The translations under genes and the position numbers were made by a program. A stretch of 64,000 nucleotides of DNA from assembly GCA_040830705.1 (NCBI GenBank), contig JBFOME010000004.1:3283-67282 (forward strand), read 5' to 3'. The stretch is from Paracoccaceae bacterium. GTDB lineage: Bacteria > Pseudomonadota > Alphaproteobacteria > Rhodobacterales > Rhodobacteraceae. The notes under the pieces were generated by a model, which did no database searches, was not told where the DNA came from, and was given only the letters and a program-made list of their open reading frames with translations. Below, in pieces: positions 18,121 to 27,405 of the stretch (the stretch's first letter is position 1; every line of letters starts with the position of its first letter).

Positions 18121-20184
18121 ATGTTCGATGCAAAGGTCTACGCACCACTTTTTGAGCCGGTCCAACTGGGTCCAGTAATTGCAAAGAACCGCTTTTATCA
18201 GGTCCCTCATTGCACAGGGCTTGGTCATGTCCGCCCGCGCGCCGAAGCCGCGCTGCGAGGCATGAAGGCCGAAGGCGGATGGGGCGTTGTCTCGACACAG
18301 GAAACCGAGATCCACCCTACCTCGGATCTGTCACCATATGCCGAGGGGCGTCTTTGGGATGCGCGGGATGTGCCAGCCCTGCGGCTGATGACTGATGCCG
18401 TCCACGAACACGACGCGCTGGCCGCCATCCAGCTTGTGCATAACGGCAATCACGCGATGAACCTGCTGTCGCGGGCCCCTGTTCTGGCGCCCTCTGATAT
18501 GGCGATCAGCACAGCGCAACCGAAACAGGCGCGGGCGATGGACAAGGCTGATATCCGCGCCCTGCGGCGTTGGCACCGCGATGCTGCCCTGAGGGCGAAA
18601 GAGGCGGGCTTTGACATCATCTACGTCTATGCCGGGCACGGAATGACGCTGGCCCAGCACTTCCTGCTTTCGCATATGAATACCCGCAGTGACGAATATG
18701 GCGGTTCGCTGCAAAACCGCGTGCGGCTGACCCGAGAATTGCTGGAGGATACGCGAGAGGCGGTCGGCGACAGCTGCGCGGTTGCGCTTCGCTTCGCCAT
18801 TGACGAGATGCAGGGTCCCGACGGCATGCAGGCCGCCGAGGAAGGCCGCGCCGTGGTCGAATTGCTGGCAGACCTGCCCGACATCTGGGACGTGAATGTC
18901 TCTGACTGGTCCAACGATTCAGCGACCACGCGATTCCAGCCGCAGGATGGCTATCAGAACGAATACCTGTCCTTTGTGAAACAGGTAACCAACAAACCTG
19001 TCGTTGGTGTCGGACGTCTCACATCACCAGACATGATGATCTCGATGCTGCGGAAGGGGATCGTGGATCTGATCGGCGCGGCACGCCCGTCGATTGCCGA
19101 TCCATTTATTCCGTGCAAGATCGAGGAAGGGCGTATCGACGAAATCCGCGAATGTATCGGCTGCAACATCTGCGCTGCCTCCGATGCGCTTGGCATTCCA
19201 ATCCGCTGCACCCAGAATCCGACAATGGGCGAGGAATGGCGGCGCGGGTGGCATCCCGAGCGCATTACACCGCGCAAAAGTGCGGCCCAGACACTTGTCG
19301 TTGGCAGCGGTCCTGCGGGTCTAGAAACTGCGCTACAACTGGCGCGGCGCGGATATGACGTGACGCTGGCCGAGGCCGCATCGGAGTTCGGCGGCAGGGT
19401 CCTGCGGGAAAGCAGGCTACCGGGGCTCAGGGCCTGGGCTCGGGTTGCGGACTACCGGCTGCATGAATTGCAACAGCGCCCCAATGTTCAGATGTTCACT
19501 GAAAGCGCACTGGACGCCGCTCAGGTGGCCGAGCTGGGCATCCCGCATGTGTTCCTTGCCACCGGCGCAAGCTGGCGCGCCGATGGCCTTGGCCGCAACA
19601 CGCGCCGCCACCCTCCTCGGATCGAGCCATCCGCACGGGTCTTTACGCCCGACGACATCATGTCGGGCATCGCCCCTGAAGGCCCGGTCCTGGTCTATGA
19701 CGACGATCATATCTACATCGCCGGCGTGATCGCCGAAAAACTCGCGCGTGCGGGTTGCGAGGTGGTGTTCGTGACACCGGAAAGCCTTGTCTCCAGCTTC
19801 TCGGTCAACACGTTGGAACAGCATCGCATTCAGGCTCGGCTGATCGAATTGGGCGTCGACATCCGCTGCAATCAGGTGCTGCAAGCGGTCAATGGTCAAG
19901 AAGCAATTCTGACCTGTGGGTTTTCGGGTCGGCAAACCGGGATCGACTGCAACTCTGCCGTTCTGGTCACCGAACGTCATCGCAACACCGACCTGTTTGA
20001 CCAACTTCAGGGAACCGGGCTGGAAACGCTCGAACTCCTTGGCGATGCGGCAGCACCTGGCCTGATCGCGGATGCCGTCTTTTCGGGCCACCGCGCTGCG
20101 CGCGACTTCGAGCGGCCCAAAGTCGAAGCTGAACAAGACTGGTTCCGCCGGGAAATCACCGATCTGCGGGAGGATACGATATGA
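18121..20184 (+). CDS. Trimethylamine/histamine dehydrogenase-family iron-sulfur flavoenzyme
   Basis: RFYQVPHC (6-S-cysteinyl-FMN Cys), KAEGGW, YVYAGH, CIGCNIC...C [4Fe-4S], GEEWRRGWHPE, GSGPAG nucleotide-binding motif. Confidence 0.9.
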   Translation: MFDAKVYAPLFEPVQLGPVIAKNRFYQVPHCTGLGHVRPRAEAALRGMKAEGGWGVVSTQETEIHPTSDLSPYAEGRLWDARDVPALRLMTDAVHEHDALAAIQLVHNGNHAMNLLSRAPVLAPSDMAISTAQPKQARAMDKADIRALRRWHRDAALRAKEAGFDIIYVYAGHGMTLAQHFLLSHMNTRSDEYGGSLQNRVRLTRELLEDTREAVGDSCAVALRFAIDEMQGPDGMQAAEEGRAVVELLADLPDIWDVNVSDWSNDSATTRFQPQDGYQNEYLSFVKQVTNKPVVGVGRLTSPDMMISMLRKGIVDLIGAARPSIADPFIPCKIEEGRIDEIRECIGCNICAASDALGIPIRCTQNPTMGEEWRRGWHPERITPRKSAAQTLVVGSGPAGLETALQLARRGYDVTLAEAASEFGGRVLRESRLPGLRAWARVADYRLHELQQRPNVQMFTESALDAAQVAELGIPHVFLATGASWRADGLGRNTRRHPPRIEPSARVFTPDDIMSGIAPEGPVLVYDDDHIYIAGVIAEKLARAGCEVVFVTPESLVSSFSVNTLEQHRIQARLIELGVDIRCNQVLQAVNGQEAILTCGFSGRQTGIDCNSAVLVTERHRNTDLFDQLQGTGLETLELLGDAAAPGLIADAVFSGHRAARDFERPKVEAEQDWFRREITDLREDTI

Positions 20185-21773
20185 CCGATGCAACTCAAAC
20201 CCGGAAGACCGCGGGCCAAAGCTCTCCCCGCCGCCGCGGCGGTGGTCGCGCCGCACGCATCGCGTTGCAACAGGCGACAACCGGCAATGAGGCGGTGCGC
20301 GGCGGCCTGCCTGGCGGTCGCTATCGCCCGCTATCGCAGACGGATATGGAAAACATCCACCAAGCTGCATTGACAGTGCTCGAAGAGACTGGTTTGGCGG
20401 ATCACTTTCCCGAACTGCTGGATATTGTCTTGTCCCAGGGCGCCACGCTGAGCGAGCACAATCGCCTGTGCTTTCCGCGCGCGCTGATTGAGGATGTGCT
20501 ATCGAATGCCGCCAAGGAATACTACGTCTTTGCGCGCGGCGAACGCGCGGGCAAAGACGACATGCACTGCACGGCCGAGAGCGTCTATTTCGCGAATTCC
20601 GGTACTGCGGTCACCACATTTGACGCAAAGACACGATCTTACCGGCCCTCTGATCTGCGTGACATTTACGACTTTACCCGGCTCGTCGACAAACTGGACA
20701 ACATTCACATGCTGGGGGCCACGGTGTTGGCCACCGATGTCACCGATGACTTTGCCCATGACATGAACATGGTCTATGCCATGCTGTCGGCCAGCCAGAA
20801 ACCGGCTTGCCTGGCCTTTCGCGATCGCAGCCATATCCCACATGCCATCCGCATGTTCGATCTGGCCTCGGGCGGCGAAGGTGCGTTCATGAAGAAACCA
20901 TCGGTAATCTTCGGCGGCTGCCCCATCGTTTCACCCTTGCGCATCGGGCGCGAGAATATGGAGATCCTGATTGATACGGCCAAGCTGGGCCTGACCGTCG
21001 ATCTGGCGGTGCCACCACAGGCGGGGGCCACGGCACCCGCCACCCTGGCGGGCACGCTGGTACAGGCTGTGGCAGAAACTTTGGCCTGTGTCGCCATCGC
21101 CAACCTGATCACACCCGGTTGCCCCGTCAGCTTCGCGGCCTGGCCCTTCATTACCGATCTGCGCAGCGGTTCCTTCACGGGCGGCAGCGGCGAGCAGGCG
21201 TTGATTGGCGCGGCTGCGGTGCAGATGGGCAACTTCTATGGTCTGCCAACATCAGTTGGCGCGGGCATGACCGACGCGAAGCTACCAGATGCGCAATACG
21301 GGCTGGAAAAGGCGCTTGCCTTCGCACTGGCGGCCCATGCCGGGGCAAACCGGGTCTGCGAGTTCGGCGGCATGTTGGGAAGCCTGATGGGATGCAGCTT
21401 TGAAAGCATGGTTATCGACAATGAAGCGGGGGGCATGATCTTGCGCTCGCTGCGCGGCATTGAGGTGACGGACGAGACTATGGCCGTGGATGTCATCCAC
21501 AAATGCGCCATCGATCCCGGACACTTTCTTGGTAACCCGCATACGCTCAGCTTCATGAGTTCCGAGTTTGTGTACCCGCAGCTGATGGACCGCGAACGCA
21601 CCGATACATGGGAGAACCAGGGTCGCCTCGATCTGATGGAGCGGGCCCATGACAGCGCCGGTGCCATTCTAAATTCCCATTTCCCGAACTACTTCGGGTC
21701 GGCAGACCTTCAGGTCCGCGAGGAATTTCCGATTGTTTTGGGCACGGATGACATGCGCCACCCGAGGAAATGA
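20181..21773 (+). CDS. MttB-superfamily methyltransferase, non-pyrrolysine
   Basis: YRPLSQTDMENIH, SPLR, GATAPATLAGTLVQ, DLRSG, GAGMTDAKLPDAQ, PGHFLG; Met at the Pyl-equivalent position; ATGA overlap with the upstream gene. Confidence 0.92.
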   Translation: MTDATQTRKTAGQSSPRRRGGGRAARIALQQATTGNEAVRGGLPGGRYRPLSQTDMENIHQAALTVLEETGLADHFPELLDIVLSQGATLSEHNRLCFPRALIEDVLSNAAKEYYVFARGERAGKDDMHCTAESVYFANSGTAVTTFDAKTRSYRPSDLRDIYDFTRLVDKLDNIHMLGATVLATDVTDDFAHDMNMVYAMLSASQKPACLAFRDRSHIPHAIRMFDLASGGEGAFMKKPSVIFGGCPIVSPLRIGRENMEILIDTAKLGLTVDLAVPPQAGATAPATLAGTLVQAVAETLACVAIANLITPGCPVSFAAWPFITDLRSGSFTGGSGEQALIGAAAVQMGNFYGLPTSVGAGMTDAKLPDAQYGLEKALAFALAAHAGANRVCEFGGMLGSLMGCSFESMVIDNEAGGMILRSLRGIEVTDETMAVDVIHKCAIDPGHFLGNPHTLSFMSSEFVYPQLMDRERTDTWENQGRLDLMERAHDSAGAILNSHFPNYFGSADLQVREEFPIVLGTDDMRHPRK

Positions 21774-21781
21774 ACCCATTT

Positions 21782-21804
21782 TGGTCGGGCCAACGGCCCG
21801 ACCA
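21782..21804. terminator. Hairpin between convergent mttB and tcuB
   Basis: TGGTCGGGCC-AAC-GGCCCGACCA, perfect 10-bp stem. Confidence 0.6.
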
Positions 21805-21906
21805 CTAAATATCCGCGATCTTCAACGTCACCCAGGGTCCGCATCGGAACGAAGTCTTGCTCTGTGTCCAAAATCGCTGGGACTTTGGACACCCCAGTCA
21901 GCCGGG

Positions 21907-22971
21907 CTATTCCCGGTATCTCTGCGCATTTCGCACCAATGCCGCTATTCGATAAAATCCGTGAGCCATCTTCGTGAACGGCGTAAGCAGGAAAAATGTC
22001 AAAACAGCCCCAAGATGTATGGCCAACAGCGCGGGCATCCACGTGGTACCACCCAACGCGTAGAGCATCAGGCCGCTCAGCCCCGTGAAGCCGAGCAGCA
22101 GGATGAAACCGATGTCTCCACCCCAGGCGCCAGGATCACCGAGTACACGGTCAGAACTCAGCTTCAGCTGCGCCATCCAGGCGCAGCCCAGCGTCAACAG
22201 AAGCCCGCCGGGGATACCCAGAAGTTTGGGCAGGGACCAGAACGGGTAGGGGGCCGGGCTGTTGAAGAGATAGTGCAGGACAGTCCCCGCACTTGTCGCT
22301 GCAAAGCAAAGCAGAAAGCCGTACATGATCGCTTGGTGGGCATAGCGGCGCGATTGCGAGAAGCGGTCTTCGTCCTCGAAATTACACCCCTCGCCATGTC
22401 CGGCAGCCAGATCCTTCATCCGGGCGGCGCTGCCGAGTGCGGCTGACAGATCGGCCAAAACAATCGGTTTGCCGCCCACGATGCGCCAGTACCTCCGCAG
22501 GCTGATGCCAACGCTCAACAATGGCAGCAAGAATGCCGGGGCAAAAAGCGCGACCATCGCGCCATGTGACATGACTGCATAGAATCCGTCCCCTCCGGCA
22601 GAGCCAAGGGCACGGATCGCCAGAAACATTAGTGCATAGCCCACCACAAGTGCCAGCGCGATGGCGCCGCCCTGACTGTGGAACCGGCGAGCGAGAGGCT
22701 GCGGCCAGGCTAGGTCTTCCCAACTGTCCCGGCGAACTTCTGCCAGAGCTTTGGGCAGGTTCAGGTCAAACTCGTGTGGCGCGGTGTACTGGCAGGCATA
22801 ATAGCAACCGCGGCAGTTGTGACAGAGGTTGGCCAGTTGTGTGATGTCCCCATCGGCAAAGGCACGCTGACTTTGAAGCGTCGGAAAAACCGAGCAGTAG
22901 CCTTCGCAATAACGACAGGCATTGCAGATCTCGGCCTGCCTGCGGGCCTCCTGGATCAAATCAATTTGCAT
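21907..22971 (-). CDS. tcuB: Tricarballylate utilisation 4Fe-4S membrane protein
   Basis: ICNACRYCEGYC and LCHNCRGCYYACQY Fe-S motifs, TM segments, FTKMAHGFYR; start placed at ATG 22971. Confidence 0.92.
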   Translation of the reverse strand: MQIDLIQEARRQAEICNACRYCEGYCSVFPTLQSQRAFADGDITQLANLCHNCRGCYYACQYTAPHEFDLNLPKALAEVRRDSWEDLAWPQPLARRFHSQGGAIALALVVGYALMFLAIRALGSAGGDGFYAVMSHGAMVALFAPAFLLPLLSVGISLRRYWRIVGGKPIVLADLSAALGSAARMKDLAAGHGEGCNFEDEDRFSQSRRYAHQAIMYGFLLCFAATSAGTVLHYLFNSPAPYPFWSLPKLLGIPGGLLLTLGCAWMAQLKLSSDRVLGDPGAWGGDIGFILLLGFTGLSGLMLYALGGTTWMPALLAIHLGAVLTFFLLTPFTKMAHGFYRIAALVRNAQRYRE

Positions 22972-24343
22972 AGGCTGCGGCCTCCCGCCCTGCGATGCGT
23001 CCAAAGACGGTTCCGATGGTCATGCCGAACCCGGCCAGATAGCCTTGACCAAGGATCGATCCGGCCATGGTCTCTCCGGCGGCCCAAAGGTTCTGGATCG
23101 GGCCATCGGCGTTAGAACATTGGGCAGTTTCGTCGACTTTCAGACCGAGATAGGTGAAGGTGACGCCGGTGCGCAGCGAATACCCATAATATGGTGGGTC
23201 ACAGATCGGACGGGCCCAGTTTGTCTTTGCGGGCGTGATACCGCTTGTTGCCACGCCATCCAGTTCGGTTGAATGGAAGGCTGAGGTATTCCCGCAAGCA
23301 TCGTTGAACTGCTCCACGGTTTTGCTGAGCTGAGCAGCTGGCAAGCCCATCATGCAAGCCAATTCCTCCAACGTGTCGGCCTTCAGCGGGGGGAACACAG
23401 ACGGCATGAACAGATCGAGCGACTTGCTGTCGATGATCACATAGGCCACCTGATCCGGTTGCACGGCGACCAGCCGCCCCCAGATCGCATAGCGTTTGGG
23501 CCAGACATCTTCGCCCTCGTCATAGAAACGCTCACCATTCTTGTTGACGACAATCGAGAAGGGCACACAATCCAGCCGCGTGACGATGCCGCCATCGAAT
23601 TTTGGTGCACGTCCGTCGACGGCAACCGCATGGCACTGGGTCGGGTCACCCACGCTTTCGACGCCCTGATCCAACAGATCGGCCAGAACGACGCCCCGAT
23701 TGAAAGGCGTGCCGCGGATCAGGAAGTTTTTTGCCGCTGGCCCCCAGGCCCGCGCAAGCCAATCGGTATCTGCCTGAAAGCCACCCGAAGCAACAATCAC
23801 GGCGCTGGGTTCGATACGGTGGTCCTTGCCCGCATGGGTATAGTCGACCCGCTCTATCCGATCCCCATTCAGTTCCAAATGGGTCACATGCGCCTCGTAA
23901 AGCACATCGACACCCAGCGCCTCGGCGGTCCGGTAATAGGCGTTCACCAGAGCCTTCCCGCCGCCCATAAAAAACGCGTTTGTGCGTGCCAGAGACAGCG
24001 TGCCAGAGAGCGACGGCTGAAACCGCACGCCATGCGCCCGCATCCACGGCAGGCACTCTTCCGAAGTGCGGATCGCGAGGCGGGCCAAGGTTTCGTCTGT
24101 GTTGCCCCCGGTGACTTTCAGCAGATCGTCGAGATACTCCTCTTCCCCATAGCTTTCGACCAAGGGCCCAAGCGGCCCTGTATGGGCGCAGCGGAAGTTA
24201 CGCGTATGGCGCGAATTGCCGCCACGATAGGGCTTTTGTGCGGTTTCAAGGATCAGCACACGAGCCCCGGCCTCTGCTGCCGTGATGGCCGCGCACAAGG
24301 CGGCGTTGCCACCTCCGATTACTGCAATGTCATATTTCGTCAT
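22961..24343 (-). CDS. tcuA: FAD-dependent tricarballylate dehydrogenase
   Basis: IGGGNAALCAA, RGGNSRHTRNFR, ARTNAFFMGGGKAL, HAVAVDGRAPKFDGGIVTRLD, GYLAGFGMTIG. Confidence 0.93.
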   Translation of the reverse strand: MTKYDIAVIGGGNAALCAAITAAEAGARVLILETAQKPYRGGNSRHTRNFRCAHTGPLGPLVESYGEEEYLDDLLKVTGGNTDETLARLAIRTSEECLPWMRAHGVRFQPSLSGTLSLARTNAFFMGGGKALVNAYYRTAEALGVDVLYEAHVTHLELNGDRIERVDYTHAGKDHRIEPSAVIVASGGFQADTDWLARAWGPAAKNFLIRGTPFNRGVVLADLLDQGVESVGDPTQCHAVAVDGRAPKFDGGIVTRLDCVPFSIVVNKNGERFYDEGEDVWPKRYAIWGRLVAVQPDQVAYVIIDSKSLDLFMPSVFPPLKADTLEELACMMGLPAAQLSKTVEQFNDACGNTSAFHSTELDGVATSGITPAKTNWARPICDPPYYGYSLRTGVTFTYLGLKVDETAQCSNADGPIQNLWAAGETMAGSILGQGYLAGFGMTIGTVFGRIAGREAAAYAN

Positions 24344-24422
24344 GGTGTGTTTCCCGTCTAATCTCTGCCTAAAGCCGCCGGTTTGATTTGACCAATGACA
24401 GTTTTTTCGCAATTGATGCGTT

Positions 24423-25316
24423 ATGAGCATTAATTATGATTTTGGGGACCTCGAAGCGTTCCTGGCCGTCAAGAACACCGGTTCCTTTCATGCGGCGGCA
24501 GAGCATCTGAACCTGTCGCAATCAGCGATAACCCGGCGCGTTCGCAAGCTTGAACTGGCGTTGGATTCGGTTCTGTTCGAGCGTACGACACGCGCCGTAA
24601 AACCTACGCTGGCCGCGAAACGCCTGCAGGCGCGGGCCGAAGCTATTCTGGACGATGCCCACGAAACGGCGCGGGCCATGCGGGATGAAAGCGTGGCCTT
24701 TGCCCATCAACGCGGGGCCGTTGTGACACTGGCGGTGATCCCCAGCGTGCTTTCGCGGCTTGTCCTTCCTGCGCTTGGGAGTTTTCGTGCGGCGGGCCAC
24801 TCAGCCCGGCTGCGTCTACTGGACGGGTCAGCAAACGAAGTGGCCGAAGCAGTTTCCGGTGGCGAGGCGGATTTCGGGCTGTGCCCCATCCCCCTGATCG
24901 ACCCGCAGACGGTGTTTGAGCCGCTCTTTGACGATCCGATGGTGCTGGCTGCGCCAAGGGATCATGATCTGGCTCGTTCGGGTCACGTCAAATGGCGCGC
25001 GGTGCGTGATGTACCTCTGATCCTGCCCGCGCGCGGAACCGGCAACCGGCTATTGATCGACGAGGCAATGGCCAAGGCGCGACAACCGTTGCGATGGACC
25101 TTCGAAGTCGGGCGCACAACGACGGCGCTTGATCTGGTCGAAAGCGGCTTTGGCGTGGCCCCGCTGCCTCGGTCGGCAATCAGCAGGGCAGGGGTTGCAA
25201 CTTGTGAGCTAACCGAGCCGGGAATCGCGCGTCCGGTTGGCTTGCTCTCGCGTTTGGGGCACAGGGACACAAACACCGTGGCTGCGCTGAAGGACGCGAT
25301 ACGGGCGGCGATCTAG
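24423..25316 (+). CDS. LysR-family regulator divergent from tcuAB
   Basis: GSFHAAAEHLNLSQSAITRRVRKLE HTH and LysR substrate domain. Confidence 0.9.
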   Translation: MSINYDFGDLEAFLAVKNTGSFHAAAEHLNLSQSAITRRVRKLELALDSVLFERTTRAVKPTLAAKRLQARAEAILDDAHETARAMRDESVAFAHQRGAVVTLAVIPSVLSRLVLPALGSFRAAGHSARLRLLDGSANEVAEAVSGGEADFGLCPIPLIDPQTVFEPLFDDPMVLAAPRDHDLARSGHVKWRAVRDVPLILPARGTGNRLLIDEAMAKARQPLRWTFEVGRTTTALDLVESGFGVAPLPRSAISRAGVATCELTEPGIARPVGLLSRLGHRDTNTVAALKDAIRAAI

Positions 25317-26287
25317 CCCATCCAAACCTCGGGATTGATCATGTGGATCGGGGCGCCTGCGTCGAAAGCATTCACCTGATCAAAGATATCGGCGAATTGC
25401 AGATCGAACTCGTCCTTAGTGACAAACCCAATATGCGGTGTCGCAATCAGGTTTGGGTGGGACAGCAGTGGATCATCGGGATCAATCAGCGGTTCATGAT
25501 CAAAGACGTCGATCGCGGCTGTACCGGGCCGCCCTGCCTCCAACGCCTGCAACAATGCACCTGGCGCGACCAGCCCTGCGCGAGAGGTATTGACGAACAA
25601 AGCACCGGGCTGCATCGCGGCCAAGTCCTGCGCAGTGATGATCCCGTTTGTGTCGGGCTTGAGCCGCACATGCAGAGACACGACATCGCTGTTACCAAAA
25701 AACGCCGCGCGGCTTGGAGCGAGTTGAACCCCGTCTGCTGCCGCTCTGGCACGGCCCCTCTCTGATGACCACCAGAAGACCTCCATACCAAAGGCCTGCG
25801 CATAGCCTGCCACCGCCTTCGCGATCCGGCCATAACCGTACAGCCCCAGCCGCCGCCCGCGCAGTGTTTTGCCCACGCCAGCTTGCCAGCGCCCGGCCTT
25901 CACCGACGCCATCTGTCGCGGCAGGTCGCGCATACCGGCCATGATCAAAGCCCAGGTCAGCTCGGCAGCCGCATAAGATGGCGTGCCACCATGCATATTG
26001 GAACACAGCAGAACGCCGTGATTGGTGCAGGCTGGCACATCCACATGAGGATAGACGCTGCGCTGGCTGATCAGTCGTAGATTGGGCAGTCGGGCCAAAA
26101 GTTCGCCGGTCACCTTTGTGCGTTCGCGAAAGAGCACCAGCGCGTCGGCATCCGACAGTCGTTCGGCGAGACTGTCAACATCATCGACATGGTCGGTCCA
26201 AACCGTGACGTCATGATCTCTGAGCCGGTCAAAACAAGGCAAGTGGCGCAGCGTGTCGAACCAGTCGTCGAGGATATGGACCTTCAT
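25313..26287 (-). CDS. D-2-hydroxyacid dehydrogenase family protein
   Basis: LFRERT, GLYGYGRIA, VNTSRAGLV, IDVFDHEP, TPHIG. Confidence 0.92.
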   Translation of the reverse strand: MKVHILDDWFDTLRHLPCFDRLRDHDVTVWTDHVDDVDSLAERLSDADALVLFRERTKVTGELLARLPNLRLISQRSVYPHVDVPACTNHGVLLCSNMHGGTPSYAAAELTWALIMAGMRDLPRQMASVKAGRWQAGVGKTLRGRRLGLYGYGRIAKAVAGYAQAFGMEVFWWSSERGRARAAADGVQLAPSRAAFFGNSDVVSLHVRLKPDTNGIITAQDLAAMQPGALFVNTSRAGLVAPGALLQALEAGRPGTAAIDVFDHEPLIDPDDPLLSHPNLIATPHIGFVTKDEFDLQFADIFDQVNAFDAGAPIHMINPEVWMG

Positions 26288-26523
26288 CGGCTTTCGATGC
26301 TGCTGACCGGTTCTAGCCTGCGAGGCGTAGGTACGAAGAGCTGCGCATCCAATGCTTCCAGAGCATTCCGGACCCGTTGGCTTTGCACCAGCAAATGATT
26401 GAACTGCTCATCGCAACCGGCGATCGGGGTTGGGTAGTTCGACATCTCATGGCGCAGCGCGCGATGGGCGAGGCGCAATTCCTGTCGGGCGATGTCGAGG
26501 CATTCAGAGTAGTCAGGGTTCAT
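26284..26523 (-). CDS. Small hypothetical protein (79 aa)
   Basis: MNPDYSECLDIARQELRLAH...YPTPIAGCDEQFNHLL; GGAGAG RBS; ATGA coupling to the downstream dehydrogenase. Confidence 0.7.
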   Translation of the reverse strand: MNPDYSECLDIARQELRLAHRALRHEMSNYPTPIAGCDEQFNHLLVQSQRVRNALEALDAQLFVPTPRRLEPVSSIESR

Positions 26524-26589
26524 GACGCTCTCCATTGTATGCCTTTGTATACCAAAGGCGCGCCGCATATTCAAGCGGTGCCCGTGCCT

Positions 26590-27405
26590 TCAATGCGACA
26601 GGAGAACGGGGACCGGTACCTCACGTAAAACGCGCGCGGTCACTCCGCCCAGAAAATCCTCACGGAATTTCGAATGCTCGTAGGCCCCCATGACCAGCAC
26701 ATCAGGGTTGTTGTTTTGACAATAGGCAAGAAGCGCCCGCGCCACGCCAGGATCCGCCGGGATGTGTTCGTGCGTGGCGGTGACCGCGTGACGTTCGAGA
26801 TGCCGAACGACATCTGCCGCCGAAACCGACGCACCCGTTTCGCCAACGGTCAGAACAGTTACATGGCTTTCGCTGTCTAGCAGGCTGAGGCTATCGGACA
26901 ATGCGCGTGCGGCTGCCCGTCCGCCATCCCAGGCAACCACGACATGCGCACGCGTTGCGCTCTTATGTTCGCTTGGGACGATCAGGATCGGCCGACCGCT
27001 GAGCAAGGCGATCCGATCCGGATGCAGCATCACATGGGCATCGACCTGCTCGGCAAGGTCCTGACCCGCGATCAGCAGATCGAAGCTGCGCGCCGTTTCG
27101 GACAGAACCTTGTCAACCCGCCCCGATACTCGTTCGAAATGGAGCCTTTGGCCAAGGTCCAACGCGTCGCGCGTCGTTTCGAACCGGCCCTCGATCTCCG
27201 CAAGAACATCAGCATTCGCCTGTGCTATGATCTCGCGCGCCTTGGCCGGTACCCAGGGTGCATGGCTGTTGACGTCTTCATGCGTCGAATGTGCCAGCAA
27301 CGCGGTGACATGGCCCGCGCTGCCTGCCAAAGACGCCGCATACTTCAAGGCAGACAGCGCCCCTTCGGAGCCGTTGAAGGCGACCAGGCTGTTTCGAATG
27401 CTCAT
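26590..27405 (-). CDS. Universal stress protein (tandem USP)
   Basis: SLVAFNGS, SGRPILIVP, VVAWDGGRAAARAL, VLVMGAYEHSKFREDFLGGVT; start at 27405 overlaps the upstream stop. Confidence 0.9.
   Translation of the reverse strand: MSIRNSLVAFNGSEGALSALKYAASLAGSAGHVTALLAHSTHEDVNSHAPWVPAKAREIIAQANADVLAEIEGRFETTRDALDLGQRLHFERVSGRVDKVLSETARSFDLLIAGQDLAEQVDAHVMLHPDRIALLSGRPILIVPSEHKSATRAHVVVAWDGGRAAARALSDSLSLLDSESHVTVLTVGETGASVSAADVVRHLERHAVTATHEHIPADPGVARALLAYCQNNNPDVLVMGAYEHSKFREDFLGGVTARVLREVPVPVLLSH

Noticed and set aside
20181-21773. Possible pyrrolysine recoding in the MttB genes
   Set aside because: Both ORFs are open without an in-frame TAG, have Met or Leu at the Pyl position, and no pyl genes are present.
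22961-24343. CobZ/precorrin-3B synthase assignment
   Set aside because: No cob genes nearby; TcuB, LysR and the tricarboxylate transporter context support TcuA.
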